Of a stretch of 64,000 bases of DNA, positions 37,793 through 50,105 are shown one piece after another. Location: assembly GCA_951406725.2 (NCBI GenBank), contig OX597814.1, positions 54,126,001 to 54,190,000 of the forward strand, given 5' to 3'. A program made the position numbers and the translations under genes. The notes below the pieces were generated by a model. It searched no databases. It had not been told where the DNA came from and saw only the letters and a program-made list of their open reading frames with translations. Source of the DNA: Octopus vulgaris. Lineage: Eukaryota. Positions within the stretch are counted from its first letter, which is position 1. The number at the start of each line of letters is the position of its first letter.

Positions 37793-39498
37793 CCTGGCTT
37801 TCGTTGACATGGAGAAAGCCTTTGACAGGGTCCCCCGATCCCTTATCTGGTGGTTAATAAGGAAACTAGGGATAGATGAATGGTTAGTGAGAGCTGTGCG
37901 AGCCATGTACAAGGACACTGTCAGTAAGGTGATGGTTGGCAACGAGTACAGTGAAGAATTCCGGGTAGAGGTGGGGGTCCACCAAGGTTCAGTCCTCAGT
38001 CCTCTCCTATTTATCATAATTCTCCAGACATAAAGGAGCCCCTGGGAGCTCCTCTATGCTGACGACCTTGCTCTAATTGCTGAGTCACTATCAGAACAAG
38101 AGAAGTTTCAAGTGTTGAAACAAGGATTAGAATTGAAGGGCCTTAGAGTCAACCTAGCTAAAACCAATGTCCTAATAAGTAGGAAGGCAAGCAAACCACA
38201 AATCCCTTCAGGTAGAAGGCCCTGCTCGATCTGTAGAAAAGGCGTAGGTAGAAACTCTATAAGATGTACCCAGTGTAAGCTATGGATACATAAGAGGTGC
38301 AGCAATATGACAGGAAGGCTAACTGGGAAGATAGTTTTTGTATGTGGCAGATGCTCAGGAGCAATAAACACTGAAAATGTGCAGAGAACAACTTCCGCCA
38401 CATTCCAGGGAGAAAAACTAGAAGTAGTTGATAGCTTCCGTTACCCAGGTGACCAAGTCAGTAGCGGGGGAGGGTGCCCTGAAAGTGTAGCTGCTAGAAT
38501 AAGAATAGCCTGGGCAAAAGTTCAGAGAGCTCTTACCTCTGCTGGTGACAAAGGACCTCTCGCTCAGAGTAAAAGGTGGACTGTATGACGTATGTGTATG
38601 AACAGCCATGCTACATGGCAGTGAAACATGGGCTGTGACTACTGAGGACATGCGTAAGCTCGAAAGGAATGAAGCCAGTATGTTCCGATGGATGTGTAAT
38701 GTCAGTGTGCATACTTGCCAGAGTGTAAGTACCTTGAGAGAAAAGTTGGACCTAAGAAGCATCAAATGTGGTGTGCAAGAGAGACGACTGCGCTGGTATG
38801 GCCATGCGGCGAGAATGGATGAGGATAGTTGTGTGAAAAAGCGCCACACCCTAGCGGTTGAGGGAACCTGTGGAAGAGGTAAACCCAAGAAGACCTGTGA
38901 TGAGGTGGTGAAGCATGACCTTCGAACATTGGGCCTCACCGAGGCAATGACTAGTGAGCGGGACCTTTGGAAATATGCTATGTTTGAGAAGACTCGGCAA
39001 GCCAAATGAGACCATAACCTCGTGGCCTACGCCAGGGGTGTAACCAGCCCACTTATGCATACCTTTCCTACATTGGACACTCAACTCTGCTTGCGAAGAC
39101 CTGTTGAGGCAAGGGAAATCGAAATCAAATTTGATGGCTGGCATCCGTGCTAGTGGAGCACTAAGAGTACCATCCGAGCGTGATTGTTACCTGTGTCAAC
39201 TTATTGGCTAGTGAAAAAACATTCGAGTGAGGTTGTTGCCAGTGCCGCTGGACTGGCTCCTGTGCAGGTGGCTCATAAAAAGCACCATTTGAGCGTGACC
39301 GTTGCCAGTAACGCCTGACTGGCCCTCGTGCTGGTGACACATCAAAGTACCCACTACACTCTCGGAGTGGTTGGCGTTAGCAAGGGCATCCAGCTGTAGA
39401 AAATCTGCCAGATCATATTGGAGCCTGGTGCAGGCACCTGGTTCGCCAGACCTCAGTCAAATCGTCCAAGGAAAGCGGACGTTAAACGATAATGATGA
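37793..39498 (+). mobile_element. 5'-truncated RTE-clade LINE (RT C-half, Cys-rich insert, C-terminal domain, 3' UTR)
   Basis: FVDMEKAFDRVP, GVHQGSVLSPLLF, LLYADDL, GLRVNLAKT, MLHGSETW, RLRWYGH, RGKPKKT; frameshifted; ends in a GAT-repeat tail. Confidence 0.95.
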
Positions 39499-39516
39499 CG
39501 GTAATATATATATATA

Positions 39517-39691
39517 GCGCAGGAGTGGTTGTGTGGTAAGTAGCTTGTTTACCAACCACATGGTTCCGGGTTCAGTCCCACTGCGTGGCGCCTTGGGCAA
39601 GTGTCTTCTACTATAGTCTCGGGCCGACCAAAGCCTTGTGAGTGGATTTGGTAGACGGAAACTGAAAAGAAGCCCGTCGTATATATATATA

Positions 39692-39732
<41 letters not shown>

Positions 39733-39943
39733 GTAGATATATATATGCGTGTGTTTGTCCCTCTAGCATTGCTTGACAACCGATGCTGGTGTGTTTATGT
39801 CCCCGTTACTTAGCGGTTCGGCAAAACAGACCGATAGAATAAGTACTGGGCTTACAAAAAGAATAAGTCCCGGGCTCGAGTTGCTCGATTAAAGGCGGTG
39901 CTCCAGCATGGCCACAGTCAAATGACTGAAACAAGTAAAAGAG
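39517..39943 (+). mobile_element. Young full-length family-B SINE
   Basis: Complete head, CORE-like segment, microsatellite and tail. Confidence 0.92.
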
Positions 39944-40027
39944 TATGTGTGTGTGTATAAAATATATATTTACCTGCATATTCATCATGGTTGTATTTAC
40001 GCAATAATATTTTTATATTTTTTTTAG

Positions 40028-40049
40028 TATTCGTCGTCAGATGATATGT
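40028..40049 (+). other. Candidate 22-nt microexon
   Basis: tttttatattttttttag|TATTCGTCGTCAGATGATATGT|gtgagt. Confidence 0.35.
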
Positions 40050-41254
40050 GTGAGTATGAATGCCCTCAAATTCCTTTTGCTTGTATCTGCTTAATTTAGT
40101 TGACCCTACTTGACCTGAAACTATTTAAGTTTAGCTGGGCTCAGTGAAGCATGTTTTATCAATTAACAAAGTGCCCCAACCAGCTTCTGTTATTTACGTA
40201 ACAGAAGTTGACGCTTTCCCTTCCCTAAATGGTTAACACTGTATTTTGTTGTTCTCAGTATTTATAAACGATCAGTTGCTGTATCAACATTGTGATTTCA
40301 ATTAAAATATCACTCCTTTACCGTTATAATAATATCCATGATGACAAACTACCGACCTGCTAAAAATGACTTTTAAATGGGATAAATTCGGAAATGTAAT
40401 CTTATATACAGTATATTCTTATAAAAGGCCAGAGCTGACCTGAGGTTAAACTATAACAGTATCTCCAATGTTTGTTAGGTTTTGATTCTCTGTCTCTGTC
40501 TGTCTGTCTCTCTCTCTCTCTCCACACACACACACACACACACACTCACAAATGAGTACCAGCAGCCTGTGCTCATTTTCAACACAGCAGACTGGAGCAA
40601 TTTTCAGGTCAAATTGAGTCAATTAATTTGCATGCACTCACGCTCAAACTTGAGCAATTTGAAATTATGTGCCTCGTTCAAGGACACAACACAGCGACTG
40701 TTCCAGGAATTTGAACTAGTGAATTTCTGATCATGAACCTAATACCCTGAATCACTATGCCACAACTGACTCCTGCATAGTTTCCACCTACTAATACATT
40801 AGTCAACCTGAAGCTTCAGTACAAAACACTTGATCAAGGCGCTGTGCAGTGGGACTGACCCAGAACCACACAGTTGCCAAGCGAACTAATATATATATAT
40901 ATATATATATAATAAGAATAACACGACATAATCATGTATCCTGTTCTTTCTTTCTTAATGGTGCATTTCCTCTCTCTTCCAGCGCACAATTTCTATATTT
41001 GCAGAAAAGGCAACTTTAAAATTGTAAATGATCATACAGAACACTGGCTCCAGATACAGCCAATGAGAGTGCTTCTATGTAATTGAGTGCATGAACCGGT
41101 TTCGTTTTTCATGTAACGGATTTTAGTGTTCGAAACATTGTGCTGTTCTAGCCCTCTTCTTTCATACTTCAACCACTTATCTCCTAATATAATAGCGCCT
41201 CATTCTCTACTGAAGCTCTACTCAATCGAAGATTTTAGTCTGGCGAGTTTCACA

Positions 41255-41460
41255 ACAATCTCACTAGTTCTGGTGCCACAAAAAAAGCACCTACTACACA
41301 TTGTAAAGTGGTTGGCACAGGAGAGTTCTGTTGTAGAAATTACACCAAAGGAGACAGATATTGGAGTACAATGTAGTTCTCAACCCATCGGATCCAGTTA
41401 CACTGTCTCACACATGCCTGCATGGAAGATGGGCATTGAAAGATGATGATGATGATGATG
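41255..41460 (+). mobile_element. RTE 3' UTR fragment with (GAT)n tail
   Basis: aaaagcacctactacac...catgcctgcatggaagatgggcattgaaagatgatgatgat; cf. 39350-39498. Confidence 0.7.
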
Positions 41461-42638
41461 AATGTTCTGGAGCTCGCCTATTCAAATAATTTGTTAAAAA
41501 TAATAATGAAAGGTTGGTTAGACTTTAAAAAAAAGACATAATGATATATGTAATAATGAGTGCGTTTCCCAACCTGAGTAGTTTCTAAAATATCAGAACA
41601 TTCAATCACTGAAGAAAAACCACTCAATGAAAACAAAAATAAACGTAAAAGAAGATTGAAAATTAATTTTAAGCTCAGTGGCTATGTTGGGATGAGGATG
41701 AAAGAGTCAGTTACTTGATTGAAGGGATGTGTGTATTTTTGTCTTCTGAACAATAGAAGAAATGTGATCATACAGGACGGCTTGAATGCCTTTGATCATT
41801 CATCTCCTCGTTCAGGGCTGGCCTGGAGCTAAACAAGCAACTGGACTAAAATAGACGCATATAAATTCTAAGTGGATGTTGATTAGCTCTCACAATATTG
41901 GTTTCTTTTGTGAATTAACCTTTATGTCAATGAAGGAGCTTCTCTATTCAATCTGCCGACCTACCTACAAGAAATATCAGTTATTTTCCTTCAAATTCAT
42001 TGAATGACTGTCTTGAGAAAACAAAAAAAAGGAAGAGCACATTGGACAGAATAATCAGTGGTATCTTTTATTTTTTACTTGTTTCAGTCATTAGATTATG
42101 GCCATGCTGGGGTAATGCCTTCAAGAATTTTTAGTTGAATGAATTGAACCTAATACTTTTTTTAAAAGCCTGGTACTTGCCGAACCGCTAAGTTACAGGG
42201 ATGTAAATACACCAACACCGGTTGTCAAGACATGTAAAAGGCTTATATGTGGACATTATATAATATAAAAAGCAGGTTCTATCTGTGATCTTGGGGGGGG
42301 GGTTAACGTAGCAAATGTTTTGCCATATATGGACATGACCCAAAAAGTTCAGTTCTTGAATTCAGACATGTAGCGGGGTATAAAGAACTTTTCCAGATAA
42401 GCCATCTTTCCATATCGCAAAGACCACACTTTCCACTGCCATTAGTGTAAGGCTTACACTTGGCCAAGATCTTCCAGTGAATCTTAGAGTTGACACCTTT
42501 TTCTTTTAAGGATCATATATAACTAGATAATTTGGTTGTTTTCCTTTTATCCCAGTGTCTGAAGCTTTAAATTTTCCCTATTGGAGTAATTATAACCCTT
42601 TATTTAACGTTTTTTCCCATACACACACACACACATAT

Positions 42639-42689
<51 letters not shown>

Positions 42690-42690
<1 letters not shown>

Positions 42691-43290
42691 TAGCTGGTGT
42701 ACCCGGTAATTCCTGGGGCTAAAGATGTTCTATTGAAGCACTTTATTACTCTGATACAGGAAAGCAATTATTTTGCTTAGCGAAGGCATCTGGGAAATGT
42801 ATAACTGCTGTCATTGACAGAAAAACTATTGTTTTACCGTGAGAAAAGCGCTGTTGGAGAATTAAGTGAAATTTGGCAATGAGGATCGAATCCACGCTAT
42901 GCCTTCATGATATGTTGTGGAATAAAAAAAAGTATCTACTGTCATGGAAAAAGTGTAACTATAAAAATGCAGAATTATCAGATTAATGGGTATTCAAAAA
43001 AGTATGTATGTATAGAAATGTATGAATGAAGTCTTTAAGGTTTAACATTCAAATCAAGGAAGTGCAATAATAATGTTTAGCAATTATCAAGGAAGTGCAA
43101 TAATAATGTTTAGAAGTTCAAAATTGAGTAGTGAAATGCAGAATTAGGTTGGCTGATCGTGAAAATCAAATATTGATCACTTCGCTAAAAACTGCAGGCG
43201 GTATGTGTTATTTTCCTTAGGTTGTTTAAATAAAATATTAGTAATACGTAGTAGATAGAAGGATCCATTGACGGGATAAATACATGTAAG
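42690..43290 (-). mobile_element. Helitron-like element (3' end clear, 5' end approximate)
   Basis: A|CTAG followed by CCCGGTAATTCCTGGG hairpin; internal 27-bp tandem duplication at 43054-43113. Confidence 0.55.
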
Positions 43291-43309
43291 TATATATATA
43301 TATATATAC

Positions 43310-43835
43310 ATATTAGAGGGAAACCACTATGTGGACACCCTTATGCTAGAAATAGATCCGCTATGTTCATACCACTAAGAAATGTTCTCAAGAAAAATTT
43401 AGCAAAACAACCAGAACGTAATCAAGCAAGACAAAAGAAAAGCAATAAAATTATGGATTATTCACATACATGTTTCACTATCACCATGTTACGTAATTTT
43501 ACTTGAGTAAGATGTCCGTAGATCTTCGGTGTGACCGTCCAAATGAATATAATTTGCAGAACTGCATACTATGACGTCCACACAAAGTCAGAATTGTAAA
43601 TAGTTCTACCCATTACACTCGTGGTTACTATTCAAATGTCCTCGTTTTGGCGCGCTAAATTACCGGAAAAAATGATGTTGCAGAAAATAATTTACAGCAG
43701 TGACCTTTGCCGGTTAGAGAACGTATTAATTTAAATTTAATTTTACTGAGCCTTCAGTTTTTTTATATGCTAGACCACTGGTGTGAAATCGATATTAATT
43801 AAATTAATATCTAATTTCTCACCCTCATTTTAAAT
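43310..43835 (-). mobile_element. Penelope-like pseudo-LTR carrying a hammerhead motif
   Basis: Contains the hammerhead at 43462-43534, abuts a GIY-YIG fragment in inverted orientation, and has a homologue at 12645. Confidence 0.65.
43462..43534 (-). ncRNA. Hammerhead ribozyme motif with CCGAAGA core
   Basis: Minus strand: TCACA-CCGAAGA-tCTA...TAGt-GAAAC-AT-GTA-TGTGA. Confidence 0.7.
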
Positions 43836-43847
43836 TTAAATTAATAA

Positions 43848-44071
43848 AGACCAACCTGGCAAAACATGTCTGGGAATTGAAAGAAAATGAAACCCGTCCG
43901 TTCAATGTGACATGGAAAATTTTAGATAAAGCATCAGCTTACAGACATGGTCCTCATAAAAGGCCCATCAAATGTGATTTATGCCTTTCGGAAAAACTCT
44001 TTATTTTATTCCAGGACAATAGCGCTTTGAATCAAAGACGCGAACTCCAGCAAGCACGCAATAAAATTTAA
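43848..44071 (+). mobile_element. Penelope-like element, C-terminal GIY-YIG region
   Basis: TNLAKHVWELKENE...VTWKILDKASAY...KCDLCLSEKLFILF..NSALNQRREL. Confidence 0.85.
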
Positions 44072-44659
44072 AATGTCAGCTGACAAAATACTATATGGAT
44101 AGTATATATTTTTTGAATCTTGAACTGGTTTCCAATACCACTGTTGAATTCGTGTTTTGTAGTATATGGTTGTTTCGCATTGCAACGATATTGTATGTAT
44201 TTCAACGTATTCATTAAGAAAGCCTTTGGCTGTTAATTATTTTCAAGTTTAAGCTTTTATTATTATATTTTATTGTATTTTACGAACCTATTTAATTGTT
44301 ATATTTATAGATAATTCTATGCGTGGTGCTGCATTTTGTAAATATCTTTTATCCGATTTTATTATATACACAGCAATTTTTAAAAAAGTTGTTTGAATAT
44401 ATACGTTGGGATCTACATGTGTTTTTATGTAGATGCGTGTATTGTAGGCACGCGTATATATTTGTATCTGTGCGTCTGTGTAGGTGTGTAAGTTTACGTG
44501 TATGTTTATATTTACGTACATAGTACATGGACGTATATGTATACGTGTATACACTTACATTTGTGTGAATATGTATTTGCGTACGTATTTGTGTATATTT
44601 ATATACATAATCACATATATGTGCATTTGTATGTTAATATATACTTATGTATATGTATA

Positions 44660-44714
<55 letters not shown>

Positions 44715-44949
44715 GTAATTTTATTTTATGTGAAAGTTCGTTACACATATTTCCTGATCTATTTCTCTTTCTTTTCTTACTCAAAGTATCTTTCCTCTTC
44801 CTACTGGATACATTGCTAGCGCCTTTAACAAACTTCTTTTTTTTCTCCTTTTCTTCTTTTTCTGTTTCATTCGCTAATTTTGCTTACCTACGCTTAAGGT
44901 ATACTTTCTATTTCTCTCGTGTGTAATAACTGTCCTGTATATGTATACA

Positions 44950-45398
44950 TCAGACTCGCTACCAAATGCAGATTGGTGAATGCAATTGTCTTCCCAATAG
45001 CAACATATGGATGCAAGACCTGGACACCAAAGAAAGCTGACCAGAAGAGAATTAATGCATTCAAGCTTTGGTGTTGGAGAAGACTTTTACGGATTCCATG
45101 GACAGCGAGGCTCACCAATGGAGAAGTTCTTAAGCAGATCAGGCCGAAAATGTCACTAGAAGCTAAGATCACCAAGCATAGATTGGCATATTTCGGTCAT
45201 ATTATGCGGAGAAAATCCCTGGAGAAGGACATCATGCTCGGAATGGTCAGTGGCAAGAGAGGAAGAGGCCGACCAAGAACCCGCTGGCTTGACACCATCA
45301 AGAGTGATACCGGAATGGACATAGCCAATCTGAAAGAAGCAGCCCGGGATAGAACTGACTGGAGGACACTGATCCAACGAGTAACCGAGAGTCATAGA
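44950..45398 (+). mobile_element. BovB/RTE-1-like LINE 3' fragment, open frame
   Basis: RLVNAIVFPIATYGCKTWT...NAFKLWCWRRLLRIPWTAR...LAYFGHIMRR.SLEKDIMLG.VSGKRGRGRPRTRWLD. Confidence 0.92.
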
Positions 45399-45860
45399 TA
45401 GATATGTATACACTAAGAAGTTTTGCACGCGTGCATGTATGCGTACATATATGTATATATCTATGTCATGTATATATATGTATATAACTATGTACATGCA
45501 TCTATGTATTTTGGTGTGTGTATATATATATATAGATATACTCTAGGTGGTCTAGTATGCGTATATACTGCTGAAAAAATATCTATGTAATACAGCGTGA
45601 AAAATTTTAATTTTAATGTATTAATTGACTTATATTTAGTATATAATTATTTACCATATGTATTTGGAATCTGTCCTTCGATTTAAGATTTTCTTCGATT
45701 TTACAATAGAATGAATTTATACTGAATTTATTTTCTTCATTGCATGCTTAAGACCGTTGAATGGACCAATGAAACAAAACCATTTTCAAAGGTGTATCCG
45801 TTAAACTAGTTTGTTTTTTGTTTTTGCTTGATTATATCGTCATTTCTGTTCCATTCTAAC

Positions 45861-45906
45861 AAAACTGTCAGACGAACGGGAACGTGAAACTTTGTGTAAT
45901 AGTTTT
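45861..45906 (+). ncRNA. Degenerate hammerhead motif (same family as 55690-55838)
   Basis: AAAACTGT-CAGACGA-ACG-GGAA-CGT-GAAAC-TTTGT-GTA-ATAGTTTT. Confidence 0.55.
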
Positions 45907-45929
45907 TGTGATATTTCTGCTACTTTTAA

Positions 45930-45931
45930 AT

Positions 45932-45964
<33 letters not shown>

Positions 45965-46158
45965 CATGCATATATATATATATATATAGATACATAGATA
46001 CATGCATATATATATACATGCATATATATATATATATATACATACATACATATATACATGCATATATATATATATACATACATACATACATACATACATA
46101 CATACATACACGTACATACATGTATATATAAAAATATATGTACGTCTGTCTGTCTCTG

Positions 46159-46190
<32 letters not shown>
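45930..46190. repeat. Compound (TA)/(CATA)/(CT) microsatellite
   Basis: Seen directly. Confidence 0.95.
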
Positions 46191-47250
46191 ATTTTGGTAT
46201 ACATAGTATGTATGTATAAGAAAACTCGTAAAAGATCACCTGATGATTTTATTAACGGAAAGTACATCTTGCAGGCAAAAAGCACGGCTTGCCAACCAAC
46301 CATCATTATACCTCCTTATAGAGCGCGGGTGTGCACAGAACAAGCCAGCCAGCCAGCCAGTCACATACACACCAATAACCACACACACTATTTCCCCCAC
46401 CCTCTCTCTGTATGTACCCGTTCTCACGTTTTTATTCCACGATGGTAAGTTGCAATTAACTAGAGAGAAGGTGTATCAGCAGGTAGCCGGTCTTTTTCCA
46501 ATACGCACGCCTATATATCTTGCTAATTCCAAGGCGAAACGGTGATGACTCATGTAATCATTGCTTATTGGCTGAGAAAAGAAGCACGAAACAACAGCAG
46601 CAACAAGGGAGAAGAGAAGAGAGAGATTTTGCAATCATGAGGAAGAAGCATCGCAAAGTCAAACTCTACCGAGTAGTTTTCCCTTGATTTATATATGTAC
46701 ATACGTACGTACATACATACATACAAGTGGATACGTGCGCTTGTTATTTTACAGTTTTTGTTATAAGCATATATAATTAATTTCTTATCCTGGCACGGAG
46801 CCACACATTTTGAAGGAGGGCATAGTGGTTGATTATATCAACACCAGTATTTGGCTGAACGTTATTTAATCGACGCCGAAAAGGCGAAAGGCAAAATTGA
46901 CCTCGCTTGTATTAGAATTGTGAGCATAAAAAACTCTAACTTAAACCCCGCAGGCAGTTCAATGGTCGTAATTTCCCAGTTGATGTTCGAAAAATCATAA
47001 TGGTTCAAAAACGTTTATTTCAATAAAACATTTCATAATTCTAAGTGGCACACCCTACGAACAGCGAGTAAAAAGGGATGAAAAATGTTAAATTATTTTG
47101 AATAGAGTTTCCCCCCTGGGCACATGTGACAATTCTTCGACAATCCACGGCGGGTACCTCAATACGTGTCACTGAAGCTAACAAAGATCGAGCCAGTATC
47201 GTAATTGCATGCTTTTCATTATTATCTGCTGATCTGTAGGTATTTCGTTG

Positions 47251-47470
47251 GGCGGCGAGCTGGCAGAAACGTTAGCACGCCGGGCGAAATGCGTAGCCGT
47301 ATTTCGTCTGCCGTTAGGTTCTGAGTTCAAATTCCGCCAAGGCCGACTTGGCCTTTCATCCTTTCGGGGTCGATAAATTAAGTACCAGTTACGCACTGGG
47401 GTCGATGTAATCGACTTAAACCGTTTGTCCTCTCTGTGTTTAGCCCCTTGTGGGTAGTAAAGAAATAGGT
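47251..47470 (+). mobile_element. Young full-length family-A SINE with TSD
   Basis: GGCGGCGAGCTGGCAGAAACG head, B box GAGTTCAAATTCC; direct repeat TAGGTATTTCGTTGGG (47237-47252 / 47466-47481). Confidence 0.95.
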
Positions 47471-47719
47471 ATTTCGTTGGGATTCACAATAAAATGAGGA
47501 GAAGCAGGGCGTCCACGAAACCGAATTGAAATGAGATTGAAACTAAAACAAATTCGATTTTATGAACGTCAAATAGGAAGTTACTCAACGGTCTACTGAT
47601 CCCGCCAATCAACTAGTCGTTGTGTGTTTCTTTCGTGTTTTGATACTTCTTTCGCAATGTCTCCATATTCTTGCACATAAAACATTGTTATTTATAAAAT
47701 CGGGCGAAGTCTTACAGCT

Positions 47720-48070
47720 TTTCATTGGACTGCGGCCATGTTGGAACATCGCTTTGAAGGGTTTAGTGAAGCAAATCGACTCCAGTACATATTCTATCAG
47801 TCTCTTTTGTCGATCCGCTAATTAACGGGGACATAAACAAACGAACACCAGTTGTCAAGCAGTGTTGCGGAAGAAACACAAACACGAAGACCCACATCAC
47901 ACACACACGATAGGGCTGTCATACAGTTTCCGGCAACAAAATTCATTCACAAGACATTGGTCGACCCGGGACTATAGTAGAAGAAAGACACTTGCCGAAG
48001 ATGCCGCACAGTGAAACTGAACCCGAAACTACGTGGTTTCAAAGCAAGCATCTTAATTTCACAGCTATGC
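47720..48070 (-). mobile_element. Family-B SINE (diverged)
   Basis: Family motifs in reverse orientation. Confidence 0.8.
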
Positions 48071-48118
48071 TTGTGAGTTAAAAAATCTTCGACCAACTAA
48101 GATAACCTAAACACTTAC

Positions 48119-48426
48119 GATAAACGCCGCCCTTTTCAAGCCTAGCCAGACTCATGGGCCCGGTTTCCCGGTTTCTGTGGCGTATGTGTTCCCCCAGCTG
48201 GACGGGACGCCAGTCCATCGCAGCGTTACTCAAGAAACAGGAAGAGAGAGTGAGAGAAAGAAGTGGCGAAAGTGGACAACAGGGGTCGCCATCACCCCCT
48301 GCCGGAGCCTCGTGGAGCCTTTAGGTGTTTTCGCTCAATAAACACACAAAACGCCCGGTCTGGAAATCGAAACCGCGATCCTCCGACCGCCAATCCACTG
48401 CCCTAACCACTGGGCCATTGCGCCTC
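48119..48426 (-). mobile_element. tRNA-derived SINE family D with V-domain-like segment
   Basis: Minus-strand head GAGGCGCAATGGCCCAGTGGTTAGGGC...GGTTTCGATTTCC; GCTGCGATGGACTGGCGTCCCGTCCAG; 15-bp TSD AACCTAAACACTTAC (48104-48118 / 48427-48441). Confidence 0.9.
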
Positions 48427-48621
48427 AACCTAAACACTTACTACATGCAAAAACTTTACCCAGCCACGTTTAAAATCTAAAAGACTAGCAAGCAAGGAAG
48501 ATAATCCCATTAGAATCAACTGATCGAAAGTTTTGAACAATATAGACAATGACATGAACATGTTTAAAAGCGGCTTCATGAGAGATACGACGGTTAACGC
48601 AGTAATATATGAAGAGGATAT

Positions 48622-48985
48622 TCGCCCGGGGTCGATAAAATAAGTACCAGCTAAGCACTCCCCTCAAAAACTGCTGGCTCTGTGCGAAAGCTTGAAACCA
48701 TTAAGGTGGTGATCTGGCAGAACTGCTAGCAGGCTGGAAAAAAATTGTTTAGCGGCATTTCTTCTGATTCTTTGCGTACTGTGTTCAAATTCCTCCGAGG
48801 TTAACTTTGCCTTTTATCCTTTCAGGGTCGGTAAAATAAGTACCAGCTGGACACTAGGGTCAATGTAATCGACTTAACACCTGCCAAAATGCGAAATCAA
48901 TATTGGCACATGGTTGACATTTTGGGAAGGGTTTGCTGTCCATTAAATCGACAACAGTAGTTAACTGGTACTTCTTTCATCGACG
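48622..48985. mobile_element. Cluster of family-A SINE pieces
   Basis: GGGGTCGATAAAATAAGTACCAG at ~48628 and ~48826; reverse piece at ~48905-48985. Confidence 0.75.
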
Positions 48986-49567
48986 AACAGATATTAAATG
49001 TCTCGTCCTCGAAAAGAAATTGGCTTACATTCCAGGTAGGCACTCTTAGAGCAGAGTATCGTGAAGATGAACACATTTGTAAAAGTTAATGTTTGGTCTT
49101 AAAAGTTGGAGGTAAATTTGATGGATCTTTTCAATTTGATGGCCAGATTTTTTTATGAATTTTTAAAACTAAACACATTGAAACTTCGGATACTGGTAGA
49201 CTGTGTCACATAGAACGAATTTAATTGCAAAAACAACACATAAATAGAAACCCAAAAGATAATGTTTGGTACTGCTAGAAGAAAGGTACAAACAGTTGTG
49301 AAGATTTTTCAATAAAAATATAACATCAGAATAGATAGTTTTCTTCTGACAGCGTGGTAAGAAGCTTGCCTCCCAACCACATGGTTTCAGGTTCAGTCCC
49401 ACTGAAATGGTGGAATATCGGATTAAATTTATAGCTGTACTTAGTTCTGCTTCTTTATATTCTGAATTCAAATCGTGTCGAAGTCACCTTTCATCTTCTT
49501 GAGAATTGATGAAATGAAGAGCCGGTCATATACGTACATGTATGTGGATGTACATATATGTATAAAT

Positions 49568-49604
<37 letters not shown>

Positions 49605-49659
49605 TAAATAACAAAAGTGACAAGGCTGCATAGTTAAGTGTAAAATTACGTTTGATAAA

Positions 49660-50105
49660 CACGTTTCGTACTCTTGTGAAAATATAAACTGCGGAGAAAC
49701 CACAGGGAATTAGGTAGTCAAGAGCGAATATTTCCCAACTAGTTTCCTGTTTCTCGATACTCATCAGGGATTGCTTACCTTACCACTGAAATTTCGAAGT
49801 TAAGAAGAATAATTTTTCTCAAAAACATATATCAACTACTACTGTTATAAAAAAAAAAATTACACAATAGCACAAGGTTTACAACGGCCAGGATTTCATG
49901 ATAAAGTACAAATCAGTGTAGCTATGAATAAACATATATACAGAAATTACACACGAGTTGCTCAGCATGTGCACGCGCAAGAGTGTGATCTTGCTGTGAA
50001 AATATAACTCGAGAACAAGCTACAGAGAAGGAGAGTCGTCCAAATCGTTTCGTATTTCTTTATATTCACCAGGATAACTTCGCTTCTTATTTGCCGAAGT
50101 TAAGA
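49660..50105 (-). mobile_element. Two diverged tandem pLTR-like repeats, each with a hammerhead-like motif
   Basis: Minus strand: TCC-CTGATGA-GTATCGAGAAACAG-GAAAC-TA-GTT-GGGA (49733-49770) and TC-CTGGTGA-ATAT...ATAC-GAAAC (50039-50075). Confidence 0.55.

Noticed and set aside
44075-44225. Possible decayed hammerheads after the GIY-YIG fragment (CTGACAA on +, TTAATGA...GAAAC-CA-GTT on -)
   Set aside because: Too many core mismatches to support; position alone is suggestive.
46232-46272. CTGATGA...GAAA hammerhead-like string
   Set aside because: No stem II pairing, and no GAAAC...GUH stem III adjacent to stem I.
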